Source: Erysipelotrichaceae bacterium (lineage in GTDB: Bacteria > Bacillota_I > Bacilli_A > Erysipelotrichales > Erysipelotrichaceae). Taken from it: a stretch of DNA of 54,601 nucleotides. The stretch spans positions 1 to 54,601 of the forward strand of contig JAGAFL010000088.1 of NCBI GenBank assembly GCA_017612595.1, given 5' to 3'. This document shows positions 19,450 through 29,564 of the stretch, piece after piece. The notes under the pieces were generated by a model. It had not been told where the DNA came from. It searched no databases and worked only from the letters and a program-made list of their open reading frames with translations. A program made the position numbers and the translations under genes. Each line of letters opens with the position of its first letter. Position 1 is the first letter of the stretch.

Positions 19450-21127
19450 GATCGGCATTCTTGACGAGCATCTGACCAATATGATCGCAGCCGGCGAGGT
19501 CGTGGAACGCCCGCTGGGAGTGGTCAAGGAACTGGTGGAAAACAGCATAGATGCCCAGGCAGGCCGGATCGAAATAAGAATCGTCAACGGCGGCATGGAC
19601 AGCATCGAAGTAAATGATGACGGCTGCGGCATGGACCGCGTGGACGCCACCAGAGCTTTTGAACGTCACGCCACCAGCAAGATCCGGGAGACCGGCGATC
19701 TCTGGAACATCCATACGATGGGATTCCGCGGCGAAGCTCTGCCTTCAATTGCCTCTGTCAGCAAGGTCAGAATGCTGACAAGCGACGGCAGCGATTCCAC
19801 TCTGGTGCGCATCGAGTACGGACAGATCAAGGAAGCCAGACCGATGGCAGCTGATCAGGGCACCAGCATCCTGGTTGAGGGACTGTTTTACCGGACGCCG
19901 GCCCGTCTGAAGCACCTGAAGAGCGGCAACATTGAGACCAACATCATTCTTGATTTCGTTCAGAAGATCGCTCTGGCGCATCCTGAGATCGCCTTTGAAC
20001 TGTACAGCGACGACAAGCTGCGGATCCAGACCAACGGATCGGGTTCCCTGCAGGAAGCCATCATGGCCGTTTACGGTCTGGAGGTTGCCCGCAAGTGCCT
20101 GCCGGTCAGCTTCTCCGATTATGATTTTGAGGTAGACGGTTATCTGGTTTCCCCGGTGATAACCAGATCAAACCGCCAGTACATAAATGTCAGCATGAAC
20201 GGAAGAGTCATCCGTTCCCTTCCCATGCAGAAGGCGATCATTGACGGTTACCGGGAATTCATGATGCCGGACCGCTTCCCCATCGTCGTACTGAACATCC
20301 GGGCTGATTTCCAGCTGGTCGACGTCAATGTTCATCCCAGCAAATGGGAGATCCGGATCTCCAAGGAGAAAGCGCTGTACACGTTGCTTACCGAAAACAT
20401 CAGAGAAGCGCTGCGGCAGCAGACCAGACCGAGCGACATGGTCGTAGAACACGTCAGTGCTGGCAGCGAAGCCGCCTATCAGCCTGAAGAAACGGAAGTC
20501 CGGCAACCTCTGCTGTTTGAAGAACAGAGGATGACCTATGATACTGAGGAAACGCTGCAGCGGTTCAACTATCTCGGTCAGCATCACGGCAAGTACATCC
20601 TGGCCTATGATGAAGAAAACATCTACATCATCGACCAGCATGCCGCCATGGAAAGATGCATGTATGAGGAGATCCAGCAGCAGATAGCCGAAAAGAAAGT
20701 CGACTGTCAGCCGTTGCTGATACCGCTTGTCATTGAGATAACACCGGCTCAGATGAACCAGCTGGAAAAGATAAACGAAATGCTTGAATGCATCAGCCTG
20801 AAGCTTGAACCCTTTTCACTAAACAGCGTGGTAGTCAGGGAACTGCCGACTTTCATCGAAGGGGACGAAGAAGGCTTCATCCGGGAACTGATCGAACAGA
20901 TAACCAACGACAGACAGATGAGCGTCCTGGATGTCCGCAGGGAAAAGATCGCTTCCATGGCCTGCCACGCATCGGTTAAGTTCAACACCTATCTTACGGT
21001 GGAGGAAAGCAAGCGGCTGCTGAGCCGGCTTTCCCGCTGCGCTCAGCCCTTTAACTGTCCGCACGGCCGGCCGACCATGCTGGCCATCAGCGACAGACAG
21101 CTGGAGAAGGAGTTCAAGCGTGTCTAA
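19442..21127 (+). CDS. mutL: DNA mismatch repair endonuclease MutL
   Basis: IAAGEVVERPLGVVKELVENSIDA from the GHKL ATPase, the DQHAAMERCMYEE endonuclease motif, and the C-terminal CPHGRP. Confidence 0.95.
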   Translation: MSKIGILDEHLTNMIAAGEVVERPLGVVKELVENSIDAQAGRIEIRIVNGGMDSIEVNDDGCGMDRVDATRAFERHATSKIRETGDLWNIHTMGFRGEALPSIASVSKVRMLTSDGSDSTLVRIEYGQIKEARPMAADQGTSILVEGLFYRTPARLKHLKSGNIETNIILDFVQKIALAHPEIAFELYSDDKLRIQTNGSGSLQEAIMAVYGLEVARKCLPVSFSDYDFEVDGYLVSPVITRSNRQYINVSMNGRVIRSLPMQKAIIDGYREFMMPDRFPIVVLNIRADFQLVDVNVHPSKWEIRISKEKALYTLLTENIREALRQQTRPSDMVVEHVSAGSEAAYQPEETEVRQPLLFEEQRMTYDTEETLQRFNYLGQHHGKYILAYDEENIYIIDQHAAMERCMYEEIQQQIAEKKVDCQPLLIPLVIEITPAQMNQLEKINEMLECISLKLEPFSLNSVVVRELPTFIEGDEEGFIRELIEQITNDRQMSVLDVRREKIASMACHASVKFNTYLTVEESKRLLSRLSRCAQPFNCPHGRPTMLAISDRQLEKEFKRV

Positions 21128-22022
21128 GGTTCTGCTCATCGTCGGCCCCACAGCCTCCGGCAAAAGCGCTCTGGCTGTAGACCTGGCGGAGAAATACCGC
21201 GGAGAAATAATCAACGGTGATTCGGTTTCCGTATACCGTCAACTGAACATCGGTTCTGCCAAGACGCCTCCTCAGCAGCAGAAGGGAATCCCCCATCATC
21301 TGCTGGACTATGTGGACGTAGAAGAAGACTACAGCGTTGCCCGTTTCCAGCAGGATTGCCGGGCAGCCATCGCCGAGATAAGCGAAAGAGGCAGACTGCC
21401 CATCGTGGTCGGCGGGACCGGCCTTTACATCAAGGCGATGCTGTATGATTATGAATTCCGTCCTTCGGAGGCGGAAAGCGACGAAGATTACAGCCGCTTC
21501 AGTAATGAAGAACTGTTTGAAATGCTCAGAAAGGCTGATGAAAAGAGCGCGGAGATCATTCATCCCAATAACCGCAAACGGGTGATCCGGGCTCTGCAGA
21601 TCGCTGCCGGCGGTACGCCCAAGTCGGAAATCGAGGCGGCGCAGCGGCATCAGCCGGTTTACGACAGCCTGATCATCGGCCTCACCATGGACCGCGATAA
21701 TCTGAAAAAGAGAATAAACCGGCGCGTGGACGCGATGATGGAAGAAGGCCTGCTGGAAGAAGTCAGCCGCCTGCACGAAGCCTATCCGTTTGATCTGCAT
21801 TGTTTCAGCGCCATCGGCTACCGGGAATTCAGAGAATATTTCGCCGGCACCCAGACGCTGGAGGAGACCGTTGAGCTGATCAAGACGCATACCCGCCAGT
21901 TTGCCAAGCGGCAGTATACCTGGTTCAACCATCAGCTGCCGGTAAGCTGGTTTGACATCGAAGAAGAAGATTACCGGAAGAAAATCGAAGAGAAGATAGA
22001 GGAGTTCTTAAATGAACGATAG
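21120..22022 (+). CDS. miaA: tRNA dimethylallyltransferase
   Basis: GTG start overlapping the mutL end, VGPTASGKSALA P-loop, PHHLLD, and GGTGLY. Confidence 0.93.
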   Translation: MSKVLLIVGPTASGKSALAVDLAEKYRGEIINGDSVSVYRQLNIGSAKTPPQQQKGIPHHLLDYVDVEEDYSVARFQQDCRAAIAEISERGRLPIVVGGTGLYIKAMLYDYEFRPSEAESDEDYSRFSNEELFEMLRKADEKSAEIIHPNNRKRVIRALQIAAGGTPKSEIEAAQRHQPVYDSLIIGLTMDRDNLKKRINRRVDAMMEEGLLEEVSRLHEAYPFDLHCFSAIGYREFREYFAGTQTLEETVELIKTHTRQFAKRQYTWFNHQLPVSWFDIEEEDYRKKIEEKIEEFLNER

Positions 22023-22707
22023 ATTTGCCCGCTCAGCGCTGCTCATAGGAGAACCCGGCGTTTCCAGACTTAACAGCGCGACCGTCATGGTCGTCGGTCT
22101 GGGCGGGGTTGGCGGCTACGCGGCGGAAGCGCTGGTACGCAGCGGCATCGGTACGCTGGTCGTGATCGATCACGACGCCGTTGAGCTTTCCAACTTCAAC
22201 CGCCAGATCCTGGCCACTGAAGAAAGCCTGGGGGAAAGAAAGACGGAAGCCTTTGAGCGCCGCGCCCGCAGCATTAACCCGGAAGTCCGGGTCATCTGCT
22301 ACGACGCCTTCCTGAAGGCCGATGACATCAGCAGGTTCTTTTCCGAAAAGGTCGACTATGTAGTCGATGCCATTGACACGCTCACCAGCAAGGTAATGCT
22401 GTGGAAGTACTGTCAGGAAAACGGCATCAAAGTCATCAGTTCCATGGGTACGGCCCGCCGGCTGGATCCGCTGAAGCTGCAGATCACGACGCTGGACAAA
22501 ACGGAAAACGATCCGATGGCCAGAGCCCTGAGACAGATCGCCCGCAAGAACGGCGTCAGCCTTAAGGTGCCGGTCGTCATCAGCCGGGAACCGGCAAAGG
22601 ACAGCAGCGCAGAAGCTCTGGGGTCAATGATGTTCGTGCCGGCCAGCGCCGGCATCCTGTGCGCCAGCCGGGTCATCAGCGATCTGATTGACAATCAGAA
22701 CGGTTAG
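22012..22707 (+). CDS. tcdA: tRNA threonylcarbamoyladenosine dehydratase (ThiF/E1-like, TcdA family)
   Basis: VMVVGLGGVGGYAAEAL Rossmann motif, DHDAVELSNFNRQ, and a size of about 231 aa. Confidence 0.75.
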   Translation: MNDRFARSALLIGEPGVSRLNSATVMVVGLGGVGGYAAEALVRSGIGTLVVIDHDAVELSNFNRQILATEESLGERKTEAFERRARSINPEVRVICYDAFLKADDISRFFSEKVDYVVDAIDTLTSKVMLWKYCQENGIKVISSMGTARRLDPLKLQITTLDKTENDPMARALRQIARKNGVSLKVPVVISREPAKDSSAEALGSMMFVPASAGILCASRVISDLIDNQNG

Positions 22708-22734
22708 AGTAAAATAAAAGTCCGGAGGAAAAGC

Positions 22735-23310
22735 ATGAAGCTCATTGTCGGTTTGGGAAATCCAGGAGAGAAATACGAAAAGACCAGGCATAACACCGGG
22801 TTTTTGACCATGGACATCATCAGCCGGCAGCTGGGCATTCCGGTAACCCGCCGGGCATTTGAAGCCCTGATCGGCAAGGGAACGGTAAACGGCGAACAGG
22901 TCGTGCTGATGAAGCCGCAGACCTACATGAACGAATCCGGCCGGGCGGTCGGCAAGGCCGCAGCGTATTACAAGCTGGATAAGGAAAAAGACATTCTGAT
23001 CATCTATGATGATCTGGACCTGCCGGTCGGAACCATCAGGCTGCGCAGCAGCGGTTCGGACGGCGGGCATAACGGCCTCAAGAGCATCATTGCCCACCTC
23101 AAAACCAGACGCTTCAACCGCATCCGCATCGGCATTGACAAGTCTCCGTACATACCGACTATCGACTATGTCCTGGGCAAGGTCCGCCGGGAAGATCAGC
23201 AGGCTTATCAGGCTGCCCTGGAAAAAGCGGCTGAAGCCGCCGTAAAATTCATCGACACCCCGTTTGACCGGGTGATGAACATGTATAACACCAAGGAGAA
23301 GAATGGATGA
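22735..23310 (+). CDS. pth: Peptidyl-tRNA hydrolase
   Basis: MKLIVGLGNPGEKYEKTRHNTGF, DDLDLPVGTIRL, and GGHNGLKSI. Confidence 0.95.
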   Translation: MKLIVGLGNPGEKYEKTRHNTGFLTMDIISRQLGIPVTRRAFEALIGKGTVNGEQVVLMKPQTYMNESGRAVGKAAAYYKLDKEKDILIIYDDLDLPVGTIRLRSSGSDGGHNGLKSIIAHLKTRRFNRIRIGIDKSPYIPTIDYVLGKVRREDQQAYQAALEKAAEAAVKFIDTPFDRVMNMYNTKEKNG

Positions 23311-26300
23311 ACTGTACCGGCTGATGGCAGACGACCCGGCGGTAGCGGCTCTTACCGGGCACAAGCCCGGGCTCAGCTGTCTGAGCGACGTTGAAGAGCC
23401 TCTGATCATCGCCGCAAGCTTCCGTCAGCAACCCCGAAAAATCGTCATCGTAAAGGAAAACATCTATACAGCACAGCAGCTCTACAACCGGCTATACCCC
23501 CTGGTAAAGGACGATGTGCTGCTTTTCAGCGTGGAGGAATCCCTCCGCGTCGAGGCTGTGGCGGCTTCGCCGGACAGCTACGCAAACCAGATGAACGTCC
23601 TGGCTTCCCTCTGTCTTCAAGAGCGGCCGCTGATCATCGTTACCCACGCCATGGCTCTGATCCGCTTTCTTCCTGACCGACAGACCTTTAGGAAGCACAT
23701 CATTGATCTCCGGGTCGGACAGAACTGGAACATGGAAGAACTTAAAACCAGACTGGTTGCCTCCGGCTACAAGCAGACGCCCCGAGTCGACCAGCCGCTG
23801 ACTTTCGCCCAGCGCGGCGGCGTCATAGACGTTTTCTCCATACAGAACGATCGGCCGGTGAGAATCGAGTTCTTTGATGAAGAGATCGATTCCCTGCGCT
23901 TTTTCGACATTGCCTCCCAGCGGACGGTTCAGAAGGTTCAGGAAGTCCGCATCGTTCCGGCCGGTTCCCTGATCTATGATGAAGACTTCGGAGATATCCG
24001 TCAGCGGATCCTGAAACAGCTGGATAACGACTGCCGAAAGGCGTCAGACTCCGGCCTGCTCAGGGAAGCGGTGGAGCGCGACCTGAATTATCTGGAGAAC
24101 CACATCAATGAACGGTATCTTTACCGCTATCAGGCGTTCTTCTCCGGCAGCGTTTCCCTGCTGGATTATCTTGACGGTCCTGATGTGATCGTCAACCCCA
24201 CGGAAGCGGTGGCGAACAGCCTGCAGATGAACATCAGGGAAAACGACGAATACATCACCGAACTGTTTCTGGATAACCGGGGGCTGAACTGGCACAGCGT
24301 CTTCGCCGACTTTGAATCCGTGATCGGCCGGTATCATCCTTACCGGATCTCCGGCGTCCTGGAAAGAGGAAAGACCATCCGCTCGGATGTCCGGCTTTCC
24401 TATTTTCCGCTGCTGCCTCTGGACCGGGCTGTTGATGAGATCATCAGCCTGTCTCAGGACCACCGCATTCACGTTTCCCTGAGTGAGGGACAGCTGGAAC
24501 TTCTGGAAAGCCACTTTGAGATCAAGAATCTGAAGCTGAAGGACTATGCTGAGGTCTGCGATCAGGAGATCGCTGAGGGCTTCAACTACCATGACGAGAT
24601 GTACCTGAGCGCCCGGGAGATCTTCGGCATGAAACAGGTCAAGGGCCGCTTTGATACCAAGTTCCGCGAAGCCGAGGTTCTGGACAGCTATCAGGACCTA
24701 AAGAAGGGCGATTACGTCGTTCATAACCGCTACGGCGTCGGTCTTTATGAAGGGATTATTACCCGGGGAATAATGAATCATAAGCAGGACTACCTGCAGA
24801 TCCGTTACCGGGACAGCGACACCCTGCTGGTGCCGCTGGAGCAGTTCAAGCTGGTTCGTAAATTTGTGGCTGCCGAAGGCGTCGGCATCAGGCTTAATAA
24901 ACTGGGCTCTTCCAGCTGGACCAAGACCAAGGAAAAGATCAGCCAGGAGGTAAACGACATCGCCGAAAGGCTGATGGCGCTTTACTCTGCCCGGGAACAG
25001 AACATCGGTTTTGCCTTCAGCCCGGACGACGAGGAAAGCCGGCGGTTTGAAAGAAACTTCCCCTATGCTCTGACTGACGATCAGATCAGGGCCATAGCTG
25101 AGGTGAAGCACGATATGGAACAGAGCCGTCCGATGGACCGGCTGCTGTGCGGAGACGTCGGCTTCGGCAAGACCGAGGTTGCCATGGTGGCGGCTTTCAA
25201 GGCCTGCAAGGACCTCAAGCAGGTCGCCTATCTCTGCCCGACGACCATTCTTTCCCGCCAGCATTACAACACCTTCAGGGAAAGATTCAAGGACTTCCCG
25301 GTCTGCGTGGAGCTGATCAACCGCTATGTTCCCGAAGCCGAACAGAAGGACATTCTGAAACGCCTTAAGGAAGGCAAGGTCGACATTCTGATCGGCACTC
25401 ACCGCCTGCTGAGCAAGGACGTGCAGTTTGCCGATCTGGGGCTGCTGATCATCGACGAGGAACAGCGCTTCGGTGTCCAGGCCAAGGAAAGGATCAAAGA
25501 GCTCAAGCAGACCATCGACGTACTGTCGCTGAGCGCCACGCCGATCCCCCGGACCATGCAGATGTCGCTGGTCGGCGTCATGTCGCTTTCGCAGCTGAAT
25601 ACACCTCCGCAGAACCGCACGGCGATCCAGACCTATGTCGTTGAGAAGAACGACAGCCTGATCCGGGAAACCATCCAGCGGGAACTGGCGCGGGGCGGGC
25701 AGGTCTTCTATCTGCACAACAACGTTTCCGACATCTATGATGTAGCCCGGAAGATCAGGACTCTGGTTCCCCAGGCGGACATCGGCATCGGTCACGGGCA
25801 GATGAACCGTGAGGAGATCGAGGACGTCATGTACCGCTTCGTGGAAGGCCAGTACAACGTGCTGGTCTGCACCACGATCATCGAAACCGGCATAGACATT
25901 CCCAACGCCAACACCATTCTGATCGAAAACGCCGAAAACTTCGGTCTGGCTCAGCTTTACCAGATCAGAGGAAGAGTCGGCCGCAGCGATCGGATCGCCT
26001 ATGCCTACCTGATGTACAGCAGTACCCGCAGCCTTTCGGAAGTGGCGTTCAAGCGTCTGCAGTCCATCAAGGAGTTCACGGAGCTCGGCTCCGGATACAA
26101 GGTGGCACTGCGCGACCTTACCATCCGCGGTGCCGGCGATCTGCTGGGCGAACGGCAGGCCGGCTTCATCAACACCATCGGCATGAGCCTGTATCTGGAG
26201 ATGCTCAACGATGCCATCAACCGGCAGAAGGGCATCGTCCGCAAGCCCGATGAGGAGCCGCAGTTCCGCGCTCACGACGTCGAGGGATACATACCGGAAA

Positions 26301-26698
26301 AGTTCATAAGTCAGGACTATGAAAAACTCAGCATCTATCAGCAGCTGGCGGCCATCAGCTCTCAGGAAGAGCTGGAGGCCTTCCGTCAGGCGCAGAGCGA
26401 TTACTACGGCAGACTGCCCGTCAGCATTGAGAATCTCTTCCTGAAAAAGCGGATCGAACTGCTGCTGAACAACAACCGGATCGCCAATTACCTGGAACAG
26501 GCCAGGGAGAACAGCATCGTGCTTACTCCGGAGACCTCATCCCGGGTCAACGGCATTGAGTTCTTCGGCCGGATGTATGAGATCGGCGCCGACATCAGGC
26601 TCAAGTATCTCCACAAGAAGATCACGATCACCGTACCGAAGACAAAGAATTATCACCAACGGATAGAAGAAGTGCTAAAGGAAGTGGACAAGTTATGA
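23303..26698 (+). CDS. mfd: Transcription-repair coupling factor
   Basis: 1131 aa, GDYVVHNRYGVGLY, LCGDVGFGKTEVA, DEEQRFGV, and QLYQIRGRVGRS. Confidence 0.96.
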   Translation: MDELYRLMADDPAVAALTGHKPGLSCLSDVEEPLIIAASFRQQPRKIVIVKENIYTAQQLYNRLYPLVKDDVLLFSVEESLRVEAVAASPDSYANQMNVLASLCLQERPLIIVTHAMALIRFLPDRQTFRKHIIDLRVGQNWNMEELKTRLVASGYKQTPRVDQPLTFAQRGGVIDVFSIQNDRPVRIEFFDEEIDSLRFFDIASQRTVQKVQEVRIVPAGSLIYDEDFGDIRQRILKQLDNDCRKASDSGLLREAVERDLNYLENHINERYLYRYQAFFSGSVSLLDYLDGPDVIVNPTEAVANSLQMNIRENDEYITELFLDNRGLNWHSVFADFESVIGRYHPYRISGVLERGKTIRSDVRLSYFPLLPLDRAVDEIISLSQDHRIHVSLSEGQLELLESHFEIKNLKLKDYAEVCDQEIAEGFNYHDEMYLSAREIFGMKQVKGRFDTKFREAEVLDSYQDLKKGDYVVHNRYGVGLYEGIITRGIMNHKQDYLQIRYRDSDTLLVPLEQFKLVRKFVAAEGVGIRLNKLGSSSWTKTKEKISQEVNDIAERLMALYSAREQNIGFAFSPDDEESRRFERNFPYALTDDQIRAIAEVKHDMEQSRPMDRLLCGDVGFGKTEVAMVAAFKACKDLKQVAYLCPTTILSRQHYNTFRERFKDFPVCVELINRYVPEAEQKDILKRLKEGKVDILIGTHRLLSKDVQFADLGLLIIDEEQRFGVQAKERIKELKQTIDVLSLSATPIPRTMQMSLVGVMSLSQLNTPPQNRTAIQTYVVEKNDSLIRETIQRELARGGQVFYLHNNVSDIYDVARKIRTLVPQADIGIGHGQMNREEIEDVMYRFVEGQYNVLVCTTIIETGIDIPNANTILIENAENFGLAQLYQIRGRVGRSDRIAYAYLMYSSTRSLSEVAFKRLQSIKEFTELGSGYKVALRDLTIRGAGDLLGERQAGFINTIGMSLYLEMLNDAINRQKGIVRKPDEEPQFRAHDVEGYIPEKFISQDYEKLSIYQQLAAISSQEELEAFRQAQSDYYGRLPVSIENLFLKKRIELLLNNNRIANYLEQARENSIVLTPETSSRVNGIEFFGRMYEIGADIRLKYLHKKITITVPKTKNYHQRIEEVLKEVDKL

Positions 26699-26976
26699 GA
26701 CTGGACAAGTATCTGAAAGTATCAAGAATTCTCAAGCGGAGAACGATCTCCAAGCAGCTGGCTGCCAATCAGCGCGTACTGGTAAACGGGAAGATTGCCA
26801 AACCGGCCAAGGAAGTCGGCGTCGGCGACGTCATTGACGTCATCTACGGCGAAAGAGGGCTGAAGGTGCGGGTTCTGGACGTCAGCCCGGTCGTCAGAAA
26901 GGGTGAGGCCGGCAGCCTTTACGAGGTGCTTGATGAATACCAGGTGAGCGAAGAAGAGCGCTTGAATCTTGGATAA
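26695..26976 (+). CDS. yabO: S4-domain RNA-binding protein, YabO/RqcP-like
   Basis: MRLDKYLKVSRILKRRT...LVNGKIAKPAKEVGVGDVI. It follows mfd as in B. subtilis, with an ATGA start/stop overlap. Confidence 0.8.
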   Translation: MRLDKYLKVSRILKRRTISKQLAANQRVLVNGKIAKPAKEVGVGDVIDVIYGERGLKVRVLDVSPVVRKGEAGSLYEVLDEYQVSEEERLNLG

Positions 26977-27020
26977 AGGTTTATTATAATGGTTTCTGCC
27001 AGAAGAAAGGAGCGTCCGAA

Positions 27021-27338
27021 ATGCCGAACAAGAAAAAGAAAAAGCTGAAGAAACCCATTCGCCTTTTCGGTCTGTTTGTTTTCTGCGCCGTGCTGATAGC
27101 GTTTACCGTCTATTTTGCACTGAGTGCCAACAGAGAGATCCGGACGACCTTCTCTCTGAGGGCAGATCTGAAGATCTACGAGGAACAGCTGAAAGCTCTG
27201 GAAGCGGAGAGAGACAGCCTGGTCAACCAGAAGGAAAAACTGACTGACGAGAACTATGTCTCCAACGTTGCCAGAGGCAAGTACCTGTTCTCCAAGGACA
27301 ACGAGCAGATCTATTACTTCCCTCCGCTGGAGGATTAG
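27021..27338 (+). CDS. divIC: Septum formation initiator (FtsB/DivIC family)
   Basis: A Lys-rich N-terminus, a single TM (LFGLFVFCAVLIAFTVYF), a coiled coil (IYEEQLKALEAERDSL), and a conserved position after yabO. Confidence 0.7.
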   Translation: MPNKKKKKLKKPIRLFGLFVFCAVLIAFTVYFALSANREIRTTFSLRADLKIYEEQLKALEAERDSLVNQKEKLTDENYVSNVARGKYLFSKDNEQIYYFPPLED

Positions 27339-27358
27339 CGAGTCATCTCGCTTTTTTT
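27337..27358 (+). terminator. Rho-independent terminator
   Basis: AGCGAG, TCAT loop, CTCGCT, followed by a T6 run. It overlaps the divIC stop codon. Confidence 0.65.
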
Positions 27359-27376
27359 GGAGAAAGGAGGAGCGCA

Positions 27377-28516
27377 ATGAACGCCATTGATTACATCGTC
27401 AACAACGGCATATATACCTTTGAGCAGAAGCCCTTCAACGATGTTGACAACACCCTGATGTGCCAGCTGTCCTATCCGGACTGGCGGGAGATCATCGGCA
27501 GTAAGCCGGTCAGACTTCAGCAAGCGGCTGAGCAGTATTTTCTGCGCTTCAACGAAGAGGTCATCGGCGACAGCGGAAAGGATTCCGATGACCGTCTGGC
27601 CCTTTCCCTGATGGCCAACAGCCGGCGCTTCGGCGACTTGCTGCTGATGGACTACGTCAACGACCGCGACTGGGAAAACGAGAAACAGTTCGGCGCCATC
27701 ACCATTCAGATCGTCAAGGGACTTTACTACGTGGCCTTTGAGGGCACCGACATGATGCTATACAGCTGGAAGGAAGACTTCAACATGGCATACATGCTGC
27801 CGGTTCCTTCCCAGAAACAGGCATTGGAATACCTGAACGGGCAGCTCAGAAAACTCAAGGGCGACTTCATGGTCGGCGGGCATTCCAAAGGCGGAAACCT
27901 TGCCGTTTACGCGGCGGTGGAGTCGGGAAGCGACCGGATCATCTGGGTCTACAACAATGACGGCCCGGGATTCGCCGCCAGTTTCACCGAACGGCCTGAG
28001 TATCAGAGAATGCTTAACCGCATGATCACCTACCTGCCTTCCTCGTCGGTAATCGGCACGCTCATGTGCAGCGACATTCACCGGGCCATCGTGCAGTCAG
28101 AGGGTCAGGGTCTGGTTCAGCAGCACGATTTTCTGAGCTGGAAGAGCCGGGGAGGCAGCTTTGTAAAAGCCGAATCGTTCAGCGACTTCAGCCGCTTCAT
28201 CTATGAGAGCATGAACGGCTGGTTCCGGGACCTCAGCATGGAGGAAAAGGTAGTGTTCATCAACACAGCCTACGATACGATGAAGGAACTGGGCTTCACT
28301 TCCGTATCCGACGTCGACAGAAAAAAGGCCGAATTCCTGGTTCGGCTGGTTAAGAAAGTCATGAACTATGACAAGGGAACCAAGAGTCTGATGGCTCAGA
28401 CGCTGGTAAGCCTGATCAAGAACTCGGGAATGAGCTTCGTCAACGCCTTCTTCCTGCTGCGGCTTAATCACGTAATGCAGTCGGCAGGCGATGACAAGAA
28501 AGAAATCAAGGAATGA
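27377..28516 (+). CDS. Alpha/beta-hydrolase-like protein (DUF2974 / Mbeg1-like pattern)
   Basis: GGHSKGGNLAVYAA nucleophile-elbow-like motif (GxSxG), a strong SD GGAGAAAGGAGG, and 379 aa. Confidence 0.65.
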   Translation: MNAIDYIVNNGIYTFEQKPFNDVDNTLMCQLSYPDWREIIGSKPVRLQQAAEQYFLRFNEEVIGDSGKDSDDRLALSLMANSRRFGDLLLMDYVNDRDWENEKQFGAITIQIVKGLYYVAFEGTDMMLYSWKEDFNMAYMLPVPSQKQALEYLNGQLRKLKGDFMVGGHSKGGNLAVYAAVESGSDRIIWVYNNDGPGFAASFTERPEYQRMLNRMITYLPSSSVIGTLMCSDIHRAIVQSEGQGLVQQHDFLSWKSRGGSFVKAESFSDFSRFIYESMNGWFRDLSMEEKVVFINTAYDTMKELGFTSVSDVDRKKAEFLVRLVKKVMNYDKGTKSLMAQTLVSLIKNSGMSFVNAFFLLRLNHVMQSAGDDKKEIKE

Positions 28517-28535
28517 GCCCCAAGGGGCTTTTTCT
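28515..28535. terminator. Bidirectional terminator between convergent genes
   Basis: AGCCCC (28516-28521), AA, GGGGCT (28524-28529), followed by TTTTTC. Confidence 0.55.
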
Positions 28536-29504
28536 TCAGGATGAATAGCGGGCGATGTAGAGCAGATGGCTTGAAGAGTCGTAGATGACGGCCACAAAGT
28601 CGCGGACTCCGGCTTCGGGATCGGCGATATAGACGACCTCTTCCCCGGTATTGCAGGCAATGCGGTAATATCCTTCGTTCACCTGCGGCAGTCCCTGGCC
28701 TTCCGGTCCGTAATGGATGTTGTCATCGATCAGCTTTTGGAAGGAAGCGTCAGCCGGCAGGGGGTTCCAGCCGGCGTTTTCGCTGATCTGGGTCAGTATT
28801 TTCTCTTCAGGGCACTGGAGAATGTAGACACGCGTCCCGCTGCCGAACCAGCCGCTGTTTTCGTAACTGAAGGTCAGCTCACAGCCATCCAGCTTCAGGC
28901 CGGCATACTCCTCCAGAGTTTCCAGGCTGACGGGAACATCAGTCTTTCCCTGGCTTTCCTTCTGGATCTGATAGTTCATCCAGTCAATGAAGGTCAGGGG
29001 AACGACGATAAGGCAGAAACCGGCCAGCAGGTAACGCCGCCAGTCCGTGCGGGTGTAGAGGGTGCCGTGAACGGCCTTGCCCAAAAGGAAGAGGCCGCCG
29101 ATCATGACAGTGACGGTGAGGGCGATCAGAGCCGGGAACAGACCGGCCAGCAGATCGGTGCGGGTAGCCAGCAGGTATAAAACGCCATACCCGGCCGCTA
29201 TGAAGCCGGCCAGCAGCAGGTAATGGAGATTTTCCCTGCGGGCGGCCTGCTGCTCATAGGAAAGATCGCTGCCTTTTTCCGGCAGCGGACCGTGAGCAGT
29301 TGAATTGAGCAGTTCTTCCGCGCTGACCTTGAGGGCATCAGCCAGTTTTTTCAGTTCTTCTTTTGAAGGCAAAAGACGGCTGGATTCCCAGCGGTCGATG
29401 GTGTTTTCGCTGACCCCGACCCGTTCGGCCAGTTCACTTTTGGCCAGCCCTCTGCTGATGCGCAGCTCGGCGATGTATTTACCCAGTTTTCTCTTGGTTT
29501 CCAT
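28536..29504 (-). CDS. Membrane-tethered XRE-family HTH regulator with a C-terminal extracytoplasmic domain
   Basis: An N-terminal HTH (LGKYIAELRISRGLAKSELAERVGVSENTIDRWES), then about 3-4 hydrophobic helices, then a roughly 150-aa C-terminal domain. Confidence 0.8.
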   Translation of the reverse strand: METKRKLGKYIAELRISRGLAKSELAERVGVSENTIDRWESSRLLPSKEELKKLADALKVSAEELLNSTAHGPLPEKGSDLSYEQQAARRENLHYLLLAGFIAAGYGVLYLLATRTDLLAGLFPALIALTVTVMIGGLFLLGKAVHGTLYTRTDWRRYLLAGFCLIVVPLTFIDWMNYQIQKESQGKTDVPVSLETLEEYAGLKLDGCELTFSYENSGWFGSGTRVYILQCPEEKILTQISENAGWNPLPADASFQKLIDDNIHYGPEGQGLPQVNEGYYRIACNTGEEVVYIADPEAGVRDFVAVIYDSSSHLLYIARYSS

Positions 29505-29538
29505 AGCGTTTCCTGTAAAACATTATACCATTGCGGCT

Positions 29539-29564
29539 GAAAAAAAGGCTGCCGTGGCAGCCTT
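29539..29564 (-). terminator. Rho-independent terminator (minus strand)
   Basis: On the minus strand, AAGGCTGCC...GGCAGCCTT is followed by a T7 run. It overlaps the stop of the 29563..30054 gene. An extended -10 (TGGTATAAT on the minus strand, plus-strand 29522-29530) follows it for the XRE gene. Confidence 0.6.
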
